Source: a virus (Duplodnaviria; Caudoviricetes). From it: a stretch of 44,365 nucleotides of DNA. The notes beneath the pieces were generated by a model, which had not been told where the DNA came from, did not search any database, and saw only the letters and a program-made list of their open reading frames with translations. The stretch lies in the IMG/VR virus record IMGVR_UViG_3300023252_000182, positions 1-44,365 of that record. One strand, 5' to 3'. Below, piece after piece: positions 8,840-17,079 of this stretch (position 1 is the first letter of the stretch; every line of letters begins with the position of its first letter). The translations under genes were made by a program, and so were the position numbers.

Positions 8840-8864
8840 AAAAAAGAGCCCCGACAAGCGGGGC
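8840..8864 (-). terminator. Intrinsic terminator in the pL operon (tL-like)
   Basis: Minus strand GCCCCG-cttgt-CGGGGC followed by TCTTTTTT. Confidence 0.75.
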
Positions 8865-9007
8865 AAAGGATGTAGCAAGGGAAGTGGTATGGAGTAGGTT
8901 CGTGATGACTCACGCACCTGGTGGCGCACCGAACCGGGGATTTATACTGTGTAGGTTAAAATTAGAACCGGAACGATACGCCACCAGATAAGTGAGCAAC
9001 GCCGGTA

Positions 9008-9094
9008 TTACCCGGCGAGGTAGAAGCCCACGATTGACCAACATGCGGCGCAGATGACAAACACGCCCAGCCAAACGATTTGATTAAGTGTCAT
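9008..9094 (-). CDS. 28-aa hydrophobic peptide
   Basis: MTLNQIVWLGVFVICAACWSIVGFYLAG, GAGG SD. Confidence 0.6.
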   Translation of the reverse strand: MTLNQIVWLGVFVICAACWSIVGFYLAG

Positions 9095-9128
9095 GATTGC
9101 CTCGATGCGCCCGTGGGCGCGGTGGGTG

Positions 9129-9326
9129 TTATGCAACTGACAAGCAGGTTGGCAGCGCGCAGCGATGTTTGAACATGCGCACATAGCGAACCATGAAATT
9201 GATTTCACGTAGGCTGAAAGGCTTCCAATCAGATGCAAGCCATACAGTGAACGCTGCGTGCCGTTGTTCTGTATTTTCGCTATATCTGTCGCGGAAATAC
9301 TTAGCTAGGTAATGTTTCGTGTTCAT
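9129..9326 (-). CDS. Hypothetical 65-aa protein (cassette 2)
   Basis: GGAGG SD; flanks shared with 9372-9533. Confidence 0.65.
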   Translation of the reverse strand: MNTKHYLAKYFRDRYSENTEQRHAAFTVWLASDWKPFSLREINFMVRYVRMFKHRCALPTCLSVA

Positions 9327-9371
9327 CGTGTAACCCTCCGCTGTGTGGTGCGCCCCGCAGGGCGCGGTAAG

Positions 9372-9533
9372 TTATGCAACTAGCGATGCCCACTCACGAG
9401 ACAAGCGGCGCTTATCCCAAGCTAACTGCACGTAAGTGCCGCGAAATGGAGATAGCCTCCATCTTGCTGCTTGGCTGCGGTAATAGGCACACTCATCAGC
9501 GCACTCACGGGCGAAGATTTCCGGTGTAGTCAT
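9372..9533 (-). CDS. Hypothetical 53-aa protein (cassette 1; absent from ORF track)
   Basis: MTTPEIFARECADECAYYRSQAARWRLSPFRGTYVQLAWDKRRLSREWASLVA; same start and stop context as 9129-9326. Confidence 0.65.
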   Translation of the reverse strand: MTTPEIFARECADECAYYRSQAARWRLSPFRGTYVQLAWDKRRLSREWASLVA

Positions 9534-9553
9534 CGTGTAACCCTTTGCTGTGT

Positions 9554-10001
9554 AGTGGTCTTATGCCTGTCCGCCGGATACTCTCGGCGGCAGGGTAAAT
9601 CCACTCGTCATTTTTAGGCTGATTGATGCGTTAACCGGTCGCCAACCGGACCTACGTGATGCTTATCGCCACTTTTCCCTCACTCCGTCGCAGGGGGAAC
9701 GGTCGTCCCGTTTATTCACTACATGATCATGCCCTCCAGTTGTCTGCCTGTTCGTTGCTGGGTCAGGCTCCCGTGCTTAAGTCCCACGCACCCGTCATAG
9801 CCGAAGCTGATAAATGCGCTGGGGGTAAAAGTTATTTCGTCACCCAACTCTGTCCGCTGCATGCCTGCCGTGCCATGCCCCCTTAAGGGCTGGAGACTGC
9901 CGGGTACTGAGTTGTGCAGATCTCTCTGCTCAGTGCTGAGTGACTAAACCTGATTGTTAAAGAGCGTCCCGGTGGTTTGGGGGTGACGTTGTTGCTGTCG
10001 A
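9554..10001 (-). ncRNA. Long structured pL leader RNA (candidate)
   Basis: Consecutive stems with G-U pairs on the minus strand, UUCG and GAGA tetraloops; no ORF of 60 codons or more on the sense strand. Confidence 0.55.
9955..9966 (-). promoter_or_regulatory. boxA antitermination element
   Basis: CGCTCTTTAACA, consensus boxA, about 35 nt downstream of the predicted pL start. Confidence 0.85.
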
Positions 10002-10008
10002 TGGAGTG

Positions 10009-10051
10009 ATTATTAGCTATCGGTTAATTTTGGTCAATAACCAATGGTTAA
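10009..10051 (-). promoter_or_regulatory. pL promoter with operators OL1/OL2
   Basis: TTGACC-17-AATAAT on minus; 15-bp sites TTAGCTATCGGTTAA (10013-10027) and ATAACCAATGGTTAA (10037-10051). Confidence 0.8.
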
Positions 10052-10164
10052 TTTAGTTGTGATAATTAATTAACCAAATGAACTGAAAGGGAATTTAGTT
10101 GTGTTTTTTTTCTTAAAAAGGGGGCGTTAGGTGGGGGTTGTGTCTTGATGGTGATTTTTAGGCA

Positions 10165-10193
10165 TAAAAAACCCGGCGCATGGCCGGGGTTTG
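10165..10193 (-). terminator. cI terminator
   Basis: CCCGGC-catgc-GCCGGG followed by TTTTTT on minus. Confidence 0.8.
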
Positions 10194-10214
10194 TTTATTG
10201 GAGGTACGTGATTT

Positions 10215-10988
10215 TTACCAGATAGTCGATGTCCAGAATAGGCGACCGATAATTTCTATTTTATCCAGATCAGCTTCTTCATCAGGGTGTTCAGCAGTAT
10301 TGAAGCTTCTGATGCTGAGTCGATTTGGTCCCACTCTGTAAAGGATTTTTAGCCGCTTCCATCCATCTTGGTTAATTGCATAAACTTTCCCGTCCACGAT
10401 CTTTTTGTCGTCCGTGTTTACTGCGACAGTTGATCCATCGGGAATGTTAGGCTCCATGCTATTACCGCGAGCAGGGAAACAGAGCACTCCTGAACCATCT
10501 GTACTTGCACCAATCCGGCGCAGCGTGGCTTTGGAGAATCTCAATTTAAACCCGTTGTAGTCTTCTTCGTTAAAACTTCCATCCCCAGCGGCGAGTTCAA
10601 TATCTCGCAAAAAAGGAACCTCAACCTCATCCTGTGGTAGAGGCGTATTGCTATCCCAGGCGTCAACACTATCCCACTCTTCTTGAGGTGGGACGTTTGA
10701 CTCTTGTTTTTGAACACCGGAGATATTCTCTTTCATTTCACCGCGTCCGTACTCTAACCATTCAGGGCGCACTCGTAGCCAACGACTTAACGCAAGGATG
10801 TTAACCGAGTCAGGTATGGCCGCTGCATTCATCCATTTCCAGATGCCAGGCTCAGTGATGGAAATACCCTGTTTAGATAGGGCGTCCTTCATACGCTTCG
10901 GAAGCCCACGACCACCTACGCCAGCTTCTAAACAAGCAGCGCGCAAGCGTTCTGTGAATTTCTCTTTCAGTTCATCTTTTTTAACCAT
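10215..10988 (-). CDS. cI: CI-like repressor, HTH plus S24 peptidase
   Basis: N-terminal HTH, AAG cleavage site, GNSM catalytic Ser and KRL Lys; divergent from cro. Confidence 0.93.
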   Translation of the reverse strand: MVKKDELKEKFTERLRAACLEAGVGGRGLPKRMKDALSKQGISITEPGIWKWMNAAAIPDSVNILALSRWLRVRPEWLEYGRGEMKENISGVQKQESNVPPQEEWDSVDAWDSNTPLPQDEVEVPFLRDIELAAGDGSFNEEDYNGFKLRFSKATLRRIGASTDGSGVLCFPARGNSMEPNIPDGSTVAVNTDDKKIVDGKVYAINQDGWKRLKILYRVGPNRLSIRSFNTAEHPDEEADLDKIEIIGRLFWTSTIW

Positions 10989-11051
10989 GCGTTAAGTATC
11001 CAAAGAATTGACATAACTGTCAGTTAAGATATATTCTTAACTCGTAGTTAA
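10981..11051 (+). promoter_or_regulatory. OR operators (three copies) and pR
   Basis: WTAAC-N5-GTTAA at 10981-10995, 11013-11027 and 11037-11051; TTGACA at 11008-11013. Confidence 0.85.
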
Positions 11052-11072
11052 TTTGGTTAATAAAGGAATCCT

Positions 11073-11294
11073 ATGAACCCAGTACAAATTGCAGTTGATG
11101 CGGTTGGTGGGCAAACGGCGGCGGCAAAGATCTGTGGTTTAACGGTGGTAGCCGTTCACAAATGGTACGCCAAGGGCCGATTGCCTCGAACCGAATACAC
11201 CAAGAAAACAAATTATGCCCAGCGGTTAGCAGCTGCTGCCGGTGGGAAGTTCAGCGCTGAATGGTTACTTCACGAAGCTAACCCTGACCGCTAA
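11073..11294 (+). CDS. cro: Cro-like repressor
   Basis: GGQTAAAKICGLTVVAVHKW HTH; position. Confidence 0.9.
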   Translation: MNPVQIAVDAVGGQTAAAKICGLTVVAVHKWYAKGRLPRTEYTKKTNYAQRLAAAAGGKFSAEWLLHEANPDR

Positions 11295-11350
11295 GACAAC
11301 TTTGCCGCAAGGCAATTCAATATTTCACTGTAAGACAACGGAAATTGTAA

Positions 11351-11644
11351 ATGGAATCAACTGCAACAGCCCGCAACGAAGCGCGGGAAATCCAGAGCGA
11401 CATCATGAGCCGAATTGCTGTGATTGGTGTTACTCGGCTGGCTAGCACGATCGGTGTTGATAAATCGCAGGTCAGCCGCTGGCAGAGCAAAGGCGGACTG
11501 GTGGAAAAGGCGAGCCTGCTTCTTGCCGCGACAGGATTCAAACGTTCGGAAACCATGCTGACGTTTCGTGGGGAAGAAACCGCAGAGTTGGCACGCGGGC
11601 TCATGGCGATGCTGGAGCACATCCGGGAACCAAAAACGGAATAG
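11351..11644 (+). CDS. cII: CII-like activator
   Basis: ARNEAREIQSDIM...IGVDKSQVSRW matches the lambda CII pattern. Confidence 0.9.
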   Translation: MESTATARNEAREIQSDIMSRIAVIGVTRLASTIGVDKSQVSRWQSKGGLVEKASLLLAATGFKRSETMLTFRGEETAELARGLMAMLEHIREPKTE

Positions 11645-11652
11645 GGGGCTTT

Positions 11653-11925
11653 ATGGCCTGGGACACTTTTGTTTACGACAACATCAAGCGGCAACTGATG
11701 GCTGAGGGATTCAGCGAAGCGGTGGCTCAGGGGGGGGCAAATCATGGTGCTGATCACTATCGCCGTATGTCGCAGGCGAGCCGCAAGGGGATGGCATTCG
11801 ACGATTGTCTCACCCGTGCAAGGCAGTTTTCACTTGCGAGCTGTACGAAGGACGAAAAGCCAGAGAAGGCGGGTAAGAAAGCAAAAAGCCGAACAGTTAC
11901 AGCTGCTCGGCCTTCACTAATCTGA
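11653..11925 (+). CDS. Hypothetical phage protein
   Basis: ORF with GGGGG SD in the pR operon. Confidence 0.7.
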   Translation: MAWDTFVYDNIKRQLMAEGFSEAVAQGGANHGADHYRRMSQASRKGMAFDDCLTRARQFSLASCTKDEKPEKAGKKAKSRTVTAARPSLI

Positions 11926-11939
11926 TTTGGAGTTCTGCT

Positions 11940-12680
11940 ATGAACAACCTGATTGTGATCGAAAATACCACCATTCGTCAAGATGCCGCTGGGCGTTATT
12001 GCCTGAACGACTTGCATCGTGCTGCTGGTGGAGAAGAGAGGCACAAGCCGAAATACTGGTATGCGACGCAGCAAACGAAAGAGTTGGTTTGCCTTTTGAC
12101 CGAGGGGGGAATTCCTCCCTCGCTTGAAAATCATCCAATTAACGTTATTCGTGGCGGCTTGGAGCAGGGCAGTTATGCCTGCAAAGAGTTGGTGTACTCG
12201 TATGCCATGTGGATCAGTGCGGCCTTCAATCTGAAGGTAATACGTACATTTGACGCCACACAGAACCCGTCAGCGCTTACCGAGCTTGAAATGATAGCTC
12301 GTATGGCAACCAGCGCCGCGCAGCAACAGCGCCAGATGAATGCCCTGCAGTTGCAGGTAAATGGCGTATCCCAGCAGATTGAGGAAATCTCAACCGGCGC
12401 AATCCCGCCAGGCTGGCAGACCATCCGCAACTTGATTGCCGCATCCGGCCTTTCAGATGGGAAGGTGCGTGCGCTCATCAGAGCTTTTCACGTTCCCAGC
12501 AAGAAAGTTCCCTTCAATGCCCCCGGCGGCATCTTGAGCAACGCGACCGTCGCCAAGGAAGACGAGTTCCTTTCTGCTTTGAGCGAAGTCCGCAGAACGT
12601 CCACGCGCGCCTGTAGAAGTAAGTACTGGTATCACCCGCGCCTCGGTCGTTTCGAGATGAAAGAACTCCATGACAAGTAA
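11940..12680 (+). CDS. KilA-N domain protein
   Basis: IRQDAAGRYCLNDLHRAAGG...ELVYSYAMWISAAFNLKVIRTF. Confidence 0.9.
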   Translation: MNNLIVIENTTIRQDAAGRYCLNDLHRAAGGEERHKPKYWYATQQTKELVCLLTEGGIPPSLENHPINVIRGGLEQGSYACKELVYSYAMWISAAFNLKVIRTFDATQNPSALTELEMIARMATSAAQQQRQMNALQLQVNGVSQQIEEISTGAIPPGWQTIRNLIAASGLSDGKVRALIRAFHVPSKKVPFNAPGGILSNATVAKEDEFLSALSEVRRTSTRACRSKYWYHPRLGRFEMKELHDK

Positions 12681-12852
12681 TCACTCTGTGCCCTTAAACC
12701 GGGAATACCTTGATGACCACGGTAAACGCGTGACCGTCATTCGGTGGGATCGGTCTGCACAGCAGGTGATTTTTATGCGAGAGGGCTACCCGTATGAATG
12801 CATGCAGCCACTTGAGCGATTTAGAGAGAAATTTAAGCGAGTCGAAGTATGA
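12670..12852 (+). CDS. DUF4222-like small protein
   Basis: YLDDHGKRVTVIRWD...YECMQPLERF; typical gene before the replication initiator. Confidence 0.75.
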   Translation: MTSNHSVPLNREYLDDHGKRVTVIRWDRSAQQVIFMREGYPYECMQPLERFREKFKRVEV

Positions 12853-13871
12853 GCATGAACCTGATGGCGCAGGCTATGAGCATAAAAGTGGGTAACCCAC
12901 TGCGCAAGCTGGTGCTGATCAAGATAGCCGACAACGCTAACGACAAGGGCGAGTGCTGGCCTTCCTATCAGCATGTCGCTGACCACTGCGAGTGCAGCAA
13001 AAGTGCTGTACGGGCGCATATTGAGGCATTGATTAAGATGGGATTAATCACCAAAGAGAACCGTTTGGGTGTGAATAACGGCAAGGGTAACACCTCGAAC
13101 CTTTATTACCTGACGCTGGATACCCCTGTGCCACCAGAAAGCATAGCCCCCTGTGCCGCCAAAAAGCATAGCCCTATGCCGCCAAAAAACACAGGGGTAT
13201 GCCAGCAGGTGGCACCCCCTATGCCATCAGAAAGCACACCCCCTATGCCAGCAGATGACACCAGAACCAGTCACTCTTTTGAATCTGTCATTGAACCAAA
13301 AGAAAACCCCCCTATAGCCCCCCAGGCTGAACAACCGGCGCCGGACACATCAGGCATTGCTGGGGAAGTACTGGATTTTTTGAATCTGAAAATCAACGGC
13401 AGAACACCAAAGCGCGCCAACACCCTGCGAGAAATCTCGGAGCGCTTGGCTGAAGGAAACACCGTGGACGAACTGAAGCTGGTGGCAGAACACCGCGCAA
13501 GCCTGCTGCTGACCAACCCAGAAATGGGGCACATGCTCAGCGCCAAGATGATCTTTGACCCGGTACGGTTTAGCGGATATCTGGCAGCGGCTAACACCTG
13601 GGACAGCCAGCGCACTCGGAAAGCAGCAATGGCCGAGGCTGTAGAGCAACAGCGTCAGGATCCGCCGGCTGGTGATATTCCAGAAATAGATTTTGATGAG
13701 TCATTTGACCGACTGATCCGTGATGCAGCTATGCCAGCTAACGCAGCAGAAAAGCGCGCTCAACAGCAGGTTCGCAAAAACGGCTTTGGCGATGTTGACG
13801 AAAGCAAGGCCCGCCAGATGTGGCGTCCAATTTTAACCCGAGCATACGCAATGACAGGAGCGCAGGCATGA
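12849..13871 (+). CDS. Phage replication initiator (O-like, N-terminal wHTH)
   Basis: KLVLIKIADNANDKGECWPSYQHVA; internal iterons. Confidence 0.88.
   Translation: MSMNLMAQAMSIKVGNPLRKLVLIKIADNANDKGECWPSYQHVADHCECSKSAVRAHIEALIKMGLITKENRLGVNNGKGNTSNLYYLTLDTPVPPESIAPCAAKKHSPMPPKNTGVCQQVAPPMPSESTPPMPADDTRTSHSFESVIEPKENPPIAPQAEQPAPDTSGIAGEVLDFLNLKINGRTPKRANTLREISERLAEGNTVDELKLVAEHRASLLLTNPEMGHMLSAKMIFDPVRFSGYLAAANTWDSQRTRKAAMAEAVEQQRQDPPAGDIPEIDFDESFDRLIRDAAMPANAAEKRAQQQVRKNGFGDVDESKARQMWRPILTRAYAMTGAQA
13123..13262 (+). repeat. Replication origin iterons (about 6 copies of CCCTRTGCCRCCARAAAGCA-like units)
   Basis: Imperfect tandem ~21-24 bp repeats inside the initiator gene, as in lambdoid ori. 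Confidence 0.85.
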
Positions 13872-14842
13872 GAGCGATTGTGAAATCTAACGTACAGCGT
13901 GATCTGGGTATCGCGATGATCAAGGTCGATGAAAAGTTGATGCCGTACTTTACCGGGCGCGTCCTTGTTGCAACGCTGCCGGATGAGATGAAATCACTGC
14001 CTGATGGCGAATTGCCGAAGGTAGAGCACGAGATAGCGAATGATCCTCGCTTGCAGCCATTCTTTCAGCATGAGCGGGTAATCTACGCTGCTGGTGGCAT
14101 TAGTTCGATGGAAGCCTGGGCTACGCGGTTTATGGGATGCCAGTACTGCGGAGATGATAAACCTCGCAATCTGGAAACTCGCCGCTATGGAAATTCAGCA
14201 ATGAGAATGTGCTGGGGCTGCGACAACAAGACCAACGGGCACATTTCGCCAAAGCTTGATGAACTGGCGAATACGAACGCGGCACGCTGGGTTGTCGAAA
14301 CAGCAAAATGGCGGCTCAAGTCACCGGGGCAGTTGACGGTGCCGGAGCTCGTACTGTGGGCGGCTATTTCCGGTGTTGTTGACCTGATCCCCAATGAAAT
14401 ATCAGCAGAGATTTTAGCGATACCAAATCCGGTAAGGGTAGCCGGGGCGAGGAAAGAGACTGAAATGGCAGTCGGGCCTGCGCCTACTGAGATTCTGACA
14501 AAGACTGCAATGAAAGTTTTTAAAGTCGACGAAAAAGTTCCAGGGGCGTTCGTGTTGCTTCCAAAAAGAACTCGCGCCGAAGACAGCAAATACACCCGAT
14601 GGGTTAAGACGCGCGCATGCTGCGGTTGCGGGGAACGCTCGGACGATCCTCACCACATCATCGGACACGGTCAGGGTGGGATGGCAACAAAAGCGCACGA
14701 CTTTTTCACTATTCCTCTGTGTCGAAAATGCCACGATGCGCTGCATAAGGATGTTGCGGGGTGGGAAGCGGAACATGGTAGCCAAGTAGAGCTACTGTTT
14801 GATTTCCTGGATTTCTCATTTGGCATTGGGGCTATTGCATGA
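13868..14842 (+). CDS. DUF968 family protein (HNH-like C-terminus)
   Basis: YTRWVKTRACCGCG...DDPHHIIGHGQGG...PLCRKCHDALH; ATGA-coupled start. Confidence 0.85.
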   Translation: MRAIVKSNVQRDLGIAMIKVDEKLMPYFTGRVLVATLPDEMKSLPDGELPKVEHEIANDPRLQPFFQHERVIYAAGGISSMEAWATRFMGCQYCGDDKPRNLETRRYGNSAMRMCWGCDNKTNGHISPKLDELANTNAARWVVETAKWRLKSPGQLTVPELVLWAAISGVVDLIPNEISAEILAIPNPVRVAGARKETEMAVGPAPTEILTKTAMKVFKVDEKVPGAFVLLPKRTRAEDSKYTRWVKTRACCGCGERSDDPHHIIGHGQGGMATKAHDFFTIPLCRKCHDALHKDVAGWEAEHGSQVELLFDFLDFSFGIGAIA

Positions 14843-15195
14843 AGACCTATCTCATTACACCCATTCCAAAGCCGCGCCAAACGCAAAAAGACCGGTGGGC
14901 CAAGCGCCCGCCAGTTCTGCGCTATAGGGCATTCTGCGACGAGGTGAGATTACACCGCATATCGCTGCCTGAGAGTGGCTATCACGTCACCTTCGTCTTA
15001 CCTATGCCAGATAGCTGGAGCAAGAAGAAACGTGCGGAGATGGCCGGTAAACCGCATCAGCAGAAGCCCGACAAAGACAATCTGGAAAAGGCTCTGTTGG
15101 ATGCCATTTTTGAGGACGACTGCCGGATCTGGGACGGTCGAGTAACAAAGGTTTGGGGCGAAGTAGGCCAAATAATTATCGGAGAAATAGCATGA
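14839..15195 (+). CDS. rusA: RusA-family Holliday junction resolvase
   Basis: KPDKDNLEKALLDAIFEDD motif. Confidence 0.88.
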   Translation: MKTYLITPIPKPRQTQKDRWAKRPPVLRYRAFCDEVRLHRISLPESGYHVTFVLPMPDSWSKKKRAEMAGKPHQQKPDKDNLEKALLDAIFEDDCRIWDGRVTKVWGEVGQIIIGEIA

Positions 15196-16004
15196 GATTA
15201 GAGTCGATTCCAAAATACTTTGCACCAAAATCACCAACGTTTAGCGATTCTCCGCGCGCAACTTCGACAGACGCTCTGACAGGCACCGACATTATGGCTG
15301 CACTTGGCTTGGCCGACATGAAAGGCGGTTTCGGCTTGGATTTGTTCCTGGCAAAGCAGGGAATCAGCTCGCCAGAGCGCGCCCTTGATAGTCTGAAGGA
15401 CTACGCGGAGAAAGCAGCTATTTTTCACAAAGCTATGCGTAAGCACAGTGACGAGCTTCAGCAGATAGCGATCAGCATTATGGTGCTTTTCGCATTCCAA
15501 GATTATTCCCGCAGCGCCGCCAGCGTCAGACCATGCGAGTGTTGCAAGGGGGAAGGGTTTACCGACGCTGACGTTTTTACCAACAAGGTTCAGTATCCAG
15601 ACGGAAAGCCGCCGAAATGGGCAAAGATTACAAAAGGCGTGTTCCCGTCCTACTGGGAAGAAGTGAAGGCAGTGAGGGAGGTGGTGAGAGTGCTTTGTCC
15701 GACTTGCAAGGGGAAAGGGGTGATCAGTAATGCGTGTAGGTGTAACGGTAGAGGAAAGGTATTGGACAAGACGCTGACAGATAAGACCGGCATACCTACC
15801 ATGAAAGAATGCGGTAAGTGCAACGGTAGAGGATATGCGCGTTTACCGGCAGAACGGGTTAGAAAGGCGTTGGCACTGGAAGGCATTGAAATCGCCGAAA
15901 CAACATGGCGTCGCGACTACAAGCCATTTTATGAGCAGCTTGTGACTCAGTGTCATAAAGAGGAAAGTGTTGCTGATGCAATGCTGTCTGAGGTTACGGT
16001 TTAA
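15192..16004 (+). CDS. Q: Late antiterminator Q (Zn-finger type)
   Basis: MRLESIPKYFAPKS...ALTGTDIMAALG, multiple CxxCxGxG; precedes pR' and the lysis genes. Confidence 0.88.
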   Translation: MRLESIPKYFAPKSPTFSDSPRATSTDALTGTDIMAALGLADMKGGFGLDLFLAKQGISSPERALDSLKDYAEKAAIFHKAMRKHSDELQQIAISIMVLFAFQDYSRSAASVRPCECCKGEGFTDADVFTNKVQYPDGKPPKWAKITKGVFPSYWEEVKAVREVVRVLCPTCKGKGVISNACRCNGRGKVLDKTLTDKTGIPTMKECGKCNGRGYARLPAERVRKALALEGIEIAETTWRRDYKPFYEQLVTQCHKEESVADAMLSEVTV

Positions 16005-16043
16005 CCATTTAATGAAAAATAGCGACACGTTAAATGCAAAGTA

Positions 16044-16072
16044 TTGACAGTTTGGCGAAAATGGACTAGCTT
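16044..16072 (+). promoter_or_regulatory. Late promoter pR'
   Basis: TTGACA-17-TAGCTT downstream of Q. Confidence 0.75.
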
Positions 16073-16120
16073 TACACCCATGATGTGATATTTACGCCTG
16101 TCACATGATCATTCTCTTAA

Positions 16121-16143
16121 GGCCCGCCATTGTGCGGGCTTTT
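16121..16143 (+). terminator. tR' terminator
   Basis: GGCCCGC-cattgt-GCGGGCT followed by TTT. Confidence 0.75.
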
Positions 16144-16250
16144 CCGTCTTTAGCGCCCAATGCCTCACTCACTGACGTATGTCGCCTCGCATTCGCGGCG
16201 CTAACTCCTTTCCTTCACACAGCACAGCCCGATAACCGGGAGGTGGAGTC

Positions 16251-16547
16251 ATGAAAATGCACCCAGACAATCCAAACCTGCCGTACTGGTGGTCGGCACT
16301 GCTCGGCTTCTTTTCGTTGCTGTCGCTGCAGGATTACATATTTATCATTGGCGCGGTGATATCGGCCTTCTTCACGATCAAAACGTACTACGCAAAGCGT
16401 AAAGAAGAGCGTGAGCGTTTAGCAGAGGAACGTCGCCGTACTCAAATTATGCAGGACTACCTGCACGGCGTGTCAGTTAAACCGGAGGGTGAGCGTCCAG
16501 CAGCTGTGGAAGTGGTTGCGGAAGCAATGCGCAGGGCAGAGGGCTGA
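16251..16547 (+). CDS. Holin with Met-Lys-Met dual start
   Basis: Hydrophobic segments, charged C-terminus, first lysis gene; hairpin CCCG-ataac-CGGG overlapping the SD. Confidence 0.8.
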   Translation: MKMHPDNPNLPYWWSALLGFFSLLSLQDYIFIIGAVISAFFTIKTYYAKRKEERERLAEERRRTQIMQDYLHGVSVKPEGERPAAVEVVAEAMRRAEG

Positions 16548-16548
16548 T

Positions 16549-17079
16549 ATGGCGATAAGCAAATCTAAACTCAGTGCCGCGATGCTGGCATTGATCGCCG
16601 CAGGTGTATCGGCTCCGGTGATGATGTCGCAGTTTCAGGATGAGAAGGAAGGCCAGCGGCTAACGGCGTATCAGGATACGGGCGGAATCTGGACAGTCTG
16701 CGGCGGTGTGACGACCGTCAACGGTCAGAAGGTTGCAAAAGGTATGCGCCTGACCGCCGAGCAGTGCAAGCGTATTGACGCCGCAGAACAGAAGAAGGCG
16801 CTGGACTGGGTGGGCCGCAACATCAAAGTGACGCTGACTGAGCCTCAGAAAGTCGGCATTGCCTCATTCTGCCCGTGGAACATTGGCCCCAGCAAATGCT
16901 TCACTTCGACGTTCTACAAAAAACTGAATGCCGGTGACCGCCTGGGTGCCTGTGCAGAGATGAAGCGCTGGATTTTTGACGGAGGGCGCGATTGTCGGAT
17001 CCGTTCGAACAACTGTTTCGGTCAGGTATTACGACGCGATCAGGAATCAGAGCTTGCTTGTTGGGGGCTGGATAAATGA
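16549..17079 (+). CDS. SAR endolysin (GH24 lysozyme)
   Basis: Ala-rich weakly hydrophobic N-terminus; E-8x-D-5x-T triad in EGQRLTAYQDTGGIWT. Confidence 0.92.
   Translation: MAISKSKLSAAMLALIAAGVSAPVMMSQFQDEKEGQRLTAYQDTGGIWTVCGGVTTVNGQKVAKGMRLTAEQCKRIDAAEQKKALDWVGRNIKVTLTEPQKVGIASFCPWNIGPSKCFTSTFYKKLNAGDRLGACAEMKRWIFDGGRDCRIRSNNCFGQVLRRDQESELACWGLDK

Noticed and set aside
9656-9886. 76-aa plus-strand ORF in the pL leader
   Set aside because: No clear SD, opposite to pL, and the region is better explained by RNA structure; not fully excluded.
13123-13262. Repeat array as CRISPR or VNTR
   Set aside because: No unique spacers or cas genes; explained by origin iterons in the initiator gene.
16080-16250. 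tRNA genes after Q
   Set aside because: Hairpins are present but there is no cloverleaf or TTCGA T-loop; consistent with the pR' leader.
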